Positions 57,564 to 64,000 of a stretch of 64,000 bases of DNA are shown here, one piece after another. Position numbers and translations under genes: made by a program. Positions within the stretch are counted from its first letter, which is position 1, and each line of letters starts with the position of its first letter. Location: the sequence record SRR22947725_333. One strand, written 5' to 3'. The notes beneath the pieces were generated by a model, which ran no database searches, was not told where the DNA came from, and was given only the letters and a program-made list of their open reading frames with translations.

Positions 57564-59267
57564 ATGCGCTTTTGGCTTGCCCTTGTCCTATTCGTAGGCG
57601 GATTGGCAGCGGGCAGTGTCGGGGTGGTAAACCAGGTTGAAAACACCCCAATAGACACCATCATCGCTTCCCAGGAGCTTGACCAGCCCACCACCTATGT
57701 GATGATCCCAAACAAGCTTCTCACCGCCTACAGCGCTAGCCCAAAGATCACCGTTAGAGGCGGAGAGATATTTGTGGCGACTGGTCGCCAGAGCGATATC
57801 GAGGCCTGGCTTGAGGGAAGCCCATACGTTGAGCTAAGGCTAAGTATCGACGTTGCGCGGGAGACTGCGGAGCTTGCAGAGGTCTTGGTGGCAGGCAGTG
57901 GGAACCTCGCGGACCCCAATGGCTCAGACATTTGGAAGCAAGAAATCAACGGTCGCTCACAGGTCACGCTCAATTTAGAGCAGGACAACCAGACCGCAAT
58001 CCTGGTGGCCTCAAACGGGCTGGAACTCGCCCCCAGAAGCATCGCGATTGAATGGGATATTGCAGACGAAGAGGTCGAAATACCACCAATTACCTATGTT
58101 GGCGTTGGGCTGATGGCACTCGGATCAATCGCTGGGCTCTGGGCTGCTATTGGCTTTGCAAACAAGTACCGCTCATCTAGACGTCGAGGCCCAAAGCCTC
58201 CGAGGCGAAAGAGTCCGAGGAGGGCCGTATCCCAGGCTGGAGCCGGCCCAAGGCGCGGCAGAAGAGCCATGCGGCCAAATGCCTTTATCGCAATTGGCCT
58301 TAGCACTGCGCTGCTTAGTGGCTGCGTGGCGGAGTATGAGAACCCAGTTCTTTCTCCCAGCCCACTTTCGAGTCCAGAAATTCTCACCCCAGCACTGACC
58401 CGGGACCAGGTGAGCGAGATACTCTTCGAAATCGCTGAGGTAGTTAGGGTTGCGGACGAAAACAACGATCGCGAGTCCTTGGAGACCAGGGTCACCGGCC
58501 CAGCACTTGAGATGAGGCGCTTTGCCTACAACCTAATCTCTCGACTTGACCAGGAGGAGAGCACTCTGGAGCCCCTGCTGGCTGGCCCCATTCAACTCTT
58601 CCTACCTCCCGCCACGGACAGCTGGCCTCGCAACGTGATGGTGGTAACCGGCGAAGAGCAGCTTCAGATGCTGGTGCTCAGACAAGAAACCGTTAGAGAC
58701 CAATACAAGCTCTTTCAATACATGTCGCTTTTGCCGGGAGCTGACTTCCCGGATGTGGCGTCAGAGCTCACGGGCGCGAGCTCGTTAAACCCGGACAACA
58801 AGTTCTTACTCGTTTCGCCTCGGCTGCTCGGGGAGGCGGTCGGTGATCTACTCAACAACGGTGCGGATTCTTTGTGGGTAGACATCGTTGATCCAAACAA
58901 TGACTACATCAAGGACGTGGCATCTGTTCAGCGCGGTCTGGCCGAGACTCTCAGCAACGCAAACCTGGACTTCCAGCATGAGCAGACAGAAGACCCGATG
59001 GTCTTGCTTTCATCCCTTGATGGCGGAGCTCTTGTTGGTATCTACATGATTGACACCTACACAATCATCCCGAAGGAGCCCGGCGATGCAGTAGCCATAG
59101 CTGGTGACGAGGCCGTGCTGCTTGGAACCAGCGGTTCTGCAACTGGCATAGAAACTCGCTACGGCGCGATGCTGCTGTTCCACATCCCAGTCACAGGTGG
59201 CGATGCTCAGGTGAGATTGCTTGGGGCAACGCAGCAGCTTCTGACCGCGGTAGCCTTGGGGTCGTAA
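57564..59267 (+). CDS. Hypothetical membrane protein with an internal lipoprotein-like signal
   Basis: N-terminal TM, extracellular-looking domain, TM, Arg-rich linker, then LLSGC lipobox-like motif. Confidence 0.75.
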   Translation: MRFWLALVLFVGGLAAGSVGVVNQVENTPIDTIIASQELDQPTTYVMIPNKLLTAYSASPKITVRGGEIFVATGRQSDIEAWLEGSPYVELRLSIDVARETAELAEVLVAGSGNLADPNGSDIWKQEINGRSQVTLNLEQDNQTAILVASNGLELAPRSIAIEWDIADEEVEIPPITYVGVGLMALGSIAGLWAAIGFANKYRSSRRRGPKPPRRKSPRRAVSQAGAGPRRGRRAMRPNAFIAIGLSTALLSGCVAEYENPVLSPSPLSSPEILTPALTRDQVSEILFEIAEVVRVADENNDRESLETRVTGPALEMRRFAYNLISRLDQEESTLEPLLAGPIQLFLPPATDSWPRNVMVVTGEEQLQMLVLRQETVRDQYKLFQYMSLLPGADFPDVASELTGASSLNPDNKFLLVSPRLLGEAVGDLLNNGADSLWVDIVDPNNDYIKDVASVQRGLAETLSNANLDFQHEQTEDPMVLLSSLDGGALVGIYMIDTYTIIPKEPGDAVAIAGDEAVLLGTSGSATGIETRYGAMLLFHIPVTGGDAQVRLLGATQQLLTAVALGS

Positions 59268-60115
59268 TGACTGAATTTGGTAACGCTTTTGACCTCTCCA
59301 AGCTCTCTGGGGAGGAGGGTGGAAACACCGTCAGCGCCTGGCTTGTAAGCGGCGACGAGCAAACTCTTCGCAGCTACCTAAAGCTCAGCGAACAGGTTCC
59401 CGTGCTGATGCTAATCAGTGATGACAGCGCAGACTCTGCTGCGGTGAAGACGCTGCTGACTAAAACCCTGGAGGCGAGCGAGGGCCGCTTCGCGGGTATC
59501 GAGATCAGCATGACCGCAGCACCCCAACTCGCTCAGGCAGTAGGCGTTTCCATGGCACCTGCGATGTTGGCAATACTCTCCGGACAACCCGCACCACTCT
59601 TCCAGGGCAACATCGCCCAGGAGCAGTTTCTTCAGGTGCTCTCTCAGGTGCTGCAGCTTGCCAAGCAAAACAACATCACCGGCACAGTAAAGCTGGGAGC
59701 AGAACCCGAAAAGGAATCCGAGCCCCAGAAACCGCTCAGTCCCGAACACCAAGAGGCCTTTGCCGCAATTGAGCGAGGAGACTTTGCGGGAGCGAAGTCC
59801 AGCTACGAAAAGATTCTTGTTGAATACCCAAATGACCAAGAAGCCCATGCGGGACTTGCGCAGGTAGAGCTCATGATTCGGCTGCAGGGCCGAGAGCAAA
59901 CTTCTGAGCTTGAGGCCGCGATGCTTGGTGCGGATCAGCTAATTGCCTCTAATAACGCAGAAGGCGCCTTCGAGCATCTTCTTGGCCTATTTGCAGAGCG
60001 AATCGATGATCGAGAAGCAATCAAGGAGAGACTGCTAAAGCTGTTTCTGATTCTCGGTAACGATCACCCTGCGGTGCTTCAAGCCCGCAGGCGCCTAGCC
60101 TCGTTGATGTTCTAG
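59267..60115 (+). CDS. Thioredoxin-like/TPR chaperedoxin (YbbN/CnoX-like, no CxxC)
   Basis: PQLAQA.GV...P...GQP.PLFQG, TPR region, C-terminal ARRRLASLMF. Confidence 0.75.
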   Translation: MTEFGNAFDLSKLSGEEGGNTVSAWLVSGDEQTLRSYLKLSEQVPVLMLISDDSADSAAVKTLLTKTLEASEGRFAGIEISMTAAPQLAQAVGVSMAPAMLAILSGQPAPLFQGNIAQEQFLQVLSQVLQLAKQNNITGTVKLGAEPEKESEPQKPLSPEHQEAFAAIERGDFAGAKSSYEKILVEYPNDQEAHAGLAQVELMIRLQGREQTSELEAAMLGADQLIASNNAEGAFEHLLGLFAERIDDREAIKERLLKLFLILGNDHPAVLQARRRLASLMF

Positions 60116-62265
60116 ATCTTCTGAAGCACCAGAGCGCCAAGAGGCGGAACATTCAGCACCAAAGACTGCGCGCTGCCGTGAGACTGGATGTCGCTGGTAG
60201 AAATCTTCCCAAGGTTTCCCTGTCCGGAGCCCCCATAGACCTCGGCATCGGTGTTTAGTAGTTCTCGATACTCTCCTGGCTGGTCAACACCCAGCACAAC
60301 ATCGTGATGTGGGTTACCGGCAAAGTTCACCACGACCACGAGCTGCTTTCCGGCGGAGTCCTCGCGAATAAAGCTCAGCAGATTTCTATTGGCATCGCCG
60401 CCATCAATCCAGCGGAAGCCGGATGGTTCATGGTCTAGCTCCCAGAGGGCGCTGTGGGCTTGGTAAAGGGCATTGAGGTCTGCAACGAGCTGCTGAATGC
60501 CGCGGTGAGGGGCATGGTCTGTGAGCCACCAGTCAAGCTCTCTTGATTCGCTCCACTCGGAGGGCTGAGCGAATTCCTGACCCATAAACAAAAGCTTCTT
60601 ACCGGGGTGGGTCCACATAAACGCCAGATACGCCCTCATGTTCGCAAGCTTCTGCCAGTGATCACCTGGCATCTTTGCCAGAAGCGAACCCTTGCCGTGA
60701 ACCACCTCGTCGTGGCTAATTGGCAGCACAAATTTCTCGTCGTAGGCATAGAGCATGGAGAAGGTAATCTCGCCATGGTGGTGAGAGCGATACATCGGGT
60801 CGCGCTCAATGAACTGCAGCGAATCGTGCATCCAACCCATGTTCCACTTAAATCCAAAACCTAGGCCGCCGGTGTCGGTGGGGGAGCTGACCCCTGCAAA
60901 TGCGGTGGATTCCTCGGCAATCATCATGATTCCGGGGTTTCTGCGGTAAGCGGTTGCGTTTGTCTCCTGGAGGAACTGAATCGCGTCGAGGTTCTCTCTG
61001 CCGCCATAAACATTAGGTAGCCACTGACCATCCTCGCGGGAGTAGTCCAGATAGAGCATCGACGCCACTGCATCGACTCGGAGGCCATCGATGTGGAACT
61101 CCTCAAGCCAGTAAAGCGCGTTTGCAACCAGGAAGTTCTTGACCTCGGTGCGACCAAAGTTGAATACGTGAGTGCCCCAATCAGGGTGGTCACCCCTCCT
61201 CGGGTCAGCATCCTCATAGAGCGGTTCGCCATCAAACCTGGCCAGTGCCCAGTCGTCCTTGGGGAAGTGAGCTGGTACCCAGTCCATAATCACGCCAATT
61301 CCAGCCTGGTGTAGCTGATCAACTAGATACCTGAAGTCGTCTGGGGAGCCGTAGCGAGAAGTTGGCGCAAAGTATCCGGTCACCTGGTAGCCCCAGCTTC
61401 CCCCAAAGGGGTGTTCAGCAAGCGGCATGAACTCAACGTGTGTAAAACCTAGGTACTTCACGTGACCAATTAGCTCAGGAGCTAGGTCGCGATAGTTCTT
61501 AGCTCCTCTCCAGGAGCCGAGGTGAAGCTCATAGGTGGACATCGGTGAGCGCAGCGCATCGCGCTTCTCCCTGGCGCTGAGCCACTTTGAATCCCCCCAG
61601 GTGTAACTCGAAGTCTCGACAATCGAGGATGTGGCAGGCGGAATCTCAAAGCTGCGGGCCATCGGGTCGATCTTGGTAATCCAGTTGCCGTGGCGAGTTC
61701 TGATTTGATACTTGTAGAGCGTTCCTGGACCAAGCTCCGGAACGAATAGTTCCCAGATACCACTTGATCCGAGCGAGCGCATGGCATGCGCCGTTCCGTC
61801 CCAGGAGTTGAAGTCGCCCACCACCCTCACTGCGGAGGCGTTCGGTGCCCAGACCTTGAAGCTAACTCCACTGATCTTTCCCAGGGAGTCCTTGGTTTCG
61901 AGGACGTGAGACCCCAGTACCTTCCACAGCTCTTCGTGACGCCCCTCTGCGATGAGGTGCAGATCTAGCTCGCCAATCATTGGCAGGAAGCTGTAGGAGT
62001 CGGCGGTGTCCCAGGTTGCCTCCTCATACTCCGTGATTAGCCGATAGTCGAAGGTCTTTGTCTTTCCCCTTGCCTCCCAGACACCGGCGTGAACATGCTC
62101 GAGGGGGATTTTCTTGGTTTTGGTCTTTGCCACCACGGAGGTGGCAAGTGGTCGAAGCGCCCTTAGCACCCAACCCTTACCCTCAGGATGCAGTCCTAGA
62201 TAGTCATGCGGCGAGTGGTGAGAACCGTGGGCAAGCTGCTCGTAGGTTGCCTCATCCAACCTCAT
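60112..62265 (-). CDS. glgB: 1,4-alpha-glucan branching enzyme
   Basis: VWAPNA, YELHLGSW, SWGYQV, DWVPAHFP, GLRVDAVASM, AEEST, SHDEVVHGK; ATG 62265 overlaps glgE stop (ATGA). Confidence 0.97.
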   Translation of the reverse strand: MRLDEATYEQLAHGSHHSPHDYLGLHPEGKGWVLRALRPLATSVVAKTKTKKIPLEHVHAGVWEARGKTKTFDYRLITEYEEATWDTADSYSFLPMIGELDLHLIAEGRHEELWKVLGSHVLETKDSLGKISGVSFKVWAPNASAVRVVGDFNSWDGTAHAMRSLGSSGIWELFVPELGPGTLYKYQIRTRHGNWITKIDPMARSFEIPPATSSIVETSSYTWGDSKWLSAREKRDALRSPMSTYELHLGSWRGAKNYRDLAPELIGHVKYLGFTHVEFMPLAEHPFGGSWGYQVTGYFAPTSRYGSPDDFRYLVDQLHQAGIGVIMDWVPAHFPKDDWALARFDGEPLYEDADPRRGDHPDWGTHVFNFGRTEVKNFLVANALYWLEEFHIDGLRVDAVASMLYLDYSREDGQWLPNVYGGRENLDAIQFLQETNATAYRRNPGIMMIAEESTAFAGVSSPTDTGGLGFGFKWNMGWMHDSLQFIERDPMYRSHHHGEITFSMLYAYDEKFVLPISHDEVVHGKGSLLAKMPGDHWQKLANMRAYLAFMWTHPGKKLLFMGQEFAQPSEWSESRELDWWLTDHAPHRGIQQLVADLNALYQAHSALWELDHEPSGFRWIDGGDANRNLLSFIREDSAGKQLVVVVNFAGNPHHDVVLGVDQPGEYRELLNTDAEVYGGSGQGNLGKISTSDIQSHGSAQSLVLNVPPLGALVLQKI

Positions 62266-63998
62266 CGAATGACCCTGAGGATGTGTGCCGGTTCGCTGAA
62301 TGCATCCAGGCGAACGAAGTTGTGCTCGCCCCATGTGAACTTCTTGCCGGTGATTAGGTCCACGACCTCAAAGCTGTGGGGAAGCTCTAAGGCCTGCATG
62401 TCAAGATGCACCATGGTCTCCCTAACGGAGTGCGGATCGTTGTTCACCACCACAATCACCGTGTTGTCCTTGCCCCCGTTGAACTCAGGCGCAAGTCGCT
62501 TGGCATAGACCAGAATCTGCTCATCATCGCTGTAGTGGTTGGTGATATTGCGCAGTTGACCAAGAGCCGGGTTTTCCCTGCGGAGCTTATTGAGCAGCCT
62601 GATTCTTGGGGCCAGGCTAACGCCTCTGTCCTCGCTACCTACAAAGTCCCTGGCCTTGTATTCATACTTCTCGTTATCAATGTTCTCTTCACTACCGGCA
62701 CGAGCTACGGCCTCATAGAGCTCAAATCCTGCATACATTCCCCAGCTCGGTCCCGCGGTAGCGGCTATTGTCGCTCTGATCTTGAAGGCCGGACGTCCAC
62801 CAAACTGCAGGTATTCGGTGAGGATGTCTGGGGTATTGACCCAGAAACTGGGTCTAAAGAAGTCGGCCGATTCCTTTGCAAGCTCGTTTAGGTAGGTGGT
62901 GAGTTCTGACTTGGTGTTTCTCCAGGAGAAGTAGCAGTAGGACTGCTGGAAACCGATTTTCCCGAGAGTGTGCATCATGGCTGGTCGCGTGAAGGCCTCG
63001 GCTAGGAAGATGACCTCGGGATGTTTCTGATTCACCTCAGCAATCAGCTGCTGCCAAAACTCCACGGTTTTGGTGTGGGGATTATCGACTCTAAAGATCT
63101 TCACTCCCAGCGAGATCCACTTTTCTAGGACTCTGAGCACCTCGGCGTGAATACCGACGGGGTCGTTATCAAAGTTGACGGGGTAGATGTCTTGATACTT
63201 CTTTGGAGGGTTTTCCGCATAGGCGATGGTGCCATCGGCCCTGGTGGTGAACCACTGCGGGTTTGATTTCACCCAGGGGTGATCGGGCGAGGCCTGCAGA
63301 GCCAGGTCCATGGCAATCTCAATACCTAGCTTGTTTGCCGCTTTAACGAAGGCCGCAAAGTCCTTCTCGGTTCCCAGGTCAGGGTGGATGGCGTCATGGC
63401 CACCCTCTTTGCCTCCAATAGCCCAGGGAGACCCGGGGTCGCCCTTTTTGGCAACGAGAGTGTTGTTCTTACCCTTGCGGTGAGAGGTGCCAATCGGGTG
63501 AATCGGTGGCAAATAGAGAACGTCAAAGCCCATGTCGCTGACCCGCTGCAGGCTCTTGGTTGCGCTCTTAAGAGTCCCGGACACCCAGCTGCCATCGCGG
63601 TTTTGCTTGGCGCCCTCTGATCGTGGGAAGAACTCATACCAGCTGCCGCTTCCGGCAAGCTTGCGCTCGCAATTGATGCTCACGGCGTCCGAGAGGGTCT
63701 CTCGCTCCCTGAGTGGGTGCTTTTCAGCCAACTCGCTCACTCCGCTGGCAATGACCTTTTCAAACTTCTCAGCGGGGGAGAGCTTTTTGTCATCAAGAAT
63801 CTTTAGAGACGCCTCGAACTTTGCAGCTATCGTCTTGGCCTTGCCGCTAGACATCTTCTCGAGAAGCTTCTTGCCTTCAAGGATCATCAGCTCCTGGTCG
63901 ACCTGGGCAGCCAGCTTGACTGCGGTGGCATGGACCCAAGAGCCATACTCGTCGTCCCAGGCTGAGACTTGGTAGCTGTAGCTGCCAACCTCAGTTAG
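62262..63998 (-). CDS. glgE: Alpha-1,4-glucan:maltose-1-phosphate maltosyltransferase, 5' end outside window
   Basis: SWYEFFPRSEG, YLPPIHPIG, YAENPPKKYQDIYP, FRVDNPHTK, AEAFTRP, NTPDIL; frame open to window edge. Confidence 0.96.
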   Translation of the reverse strand, partial: LTEVGSYSYQVSAWDDEYGSWVHATAVKLAAQVDQELMILEGKKLLEKMSSGKAKTIAAKFEASLKILDDKKLSPAEKFEKVIASGVSELAEKHPLRERETLSDAVSINCERKLAGSGSWYEFFPRSEGAKQNRDGSWVSGTLKSATKSLQRVSDMGFDVLYLPPIHPIGTSHRKGKNNTLVAKKGDPGSPWAIGGKEGGHDAIHPDLGTEKDFAAFVKAANKLGIEIAMDLALQASPDHPWVKSNPQWFTTRADGTIAYAENPPKKYQDIYPVNFDNDPVGIHAEVLRVLEKWISLGVKIFRVDNPHTKTVEFWQQLIAEVNQKHPEVIFLAEAFTRPAMMHTLGKIGFQQSYCYFSWRNTKSELTTYLNELAKESADFFRPSFWVNTPDILTEYLQFGGRPAFKIRATIAATAGPSWGMYAGFELYEAVARAGSEENIDNEKYEYKARDFVGSEDRGVSLAPRIRLLNKLRRENPALGQLRNITNHYSDDEQILVYAKRLAPEFNGGKDNTVIVVVNNDPHSVRETMVHLDMQALELPHSFEVVDLITGKKFTWGEHNFVRLDAFSEPAHILRVIR

Positions 63999-64000
63999 CT

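Overview
64-kb chromosomal segment of a streamlined actinobacterium. Protein sequences and the compact gene order suggest freshwater Microbacteriaceae of the Aquiluna/Rhodoluna type; this is an inference, not a database match. 1-2.4 kb: end of a peptide ABC transporter operon. About 2.4-28.9 kb: an AT-richer surface-glycan island. It holds a GtrA/GT2/GT-C lipid-linked glycosylation module, an RmlD-like reductase + FnlA + FnlC-type 6-deoxy-L-HexNAc pathway, a neuB-neuC-neuA nonulosonate cluster with a candidate CMP-sugar transferase, a TviB-like dehydrogenase, an AsnB-like amidotransferase, many glycosyltransferases and one truncated dehydrogenase. 29-64 kb: reshuffled core genes (smc, ftsY, fdxA, rpmF, rnc, mutM, ffh, rpsP-khpA-rimM-trmD, rplS, lepB, rnhB, recG, rsmD, gltA, dprA, xerC, rpsB-tsf-pyrH-frr-cdsA, glgB, partial glgE). 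I saw no tRNA, rRNA, CRISPR array, transposase or prophage. The most notable signals are: (i) rimM has no ATG/GTG/TTG upstream of its conserved N-terminal domain, implying an AUU start or a +1 frameshift fusion with khpA; (ii) structured leaders precede four ribosomal-protein genes, including a kissing-loop leader before rplS; (iii) ribosomal protein S2 carries a basic histone-H1-like tail while S16 carries an acidic tail; (iv) the atypical nonulosonate and Gtr-like glycosylation modules.
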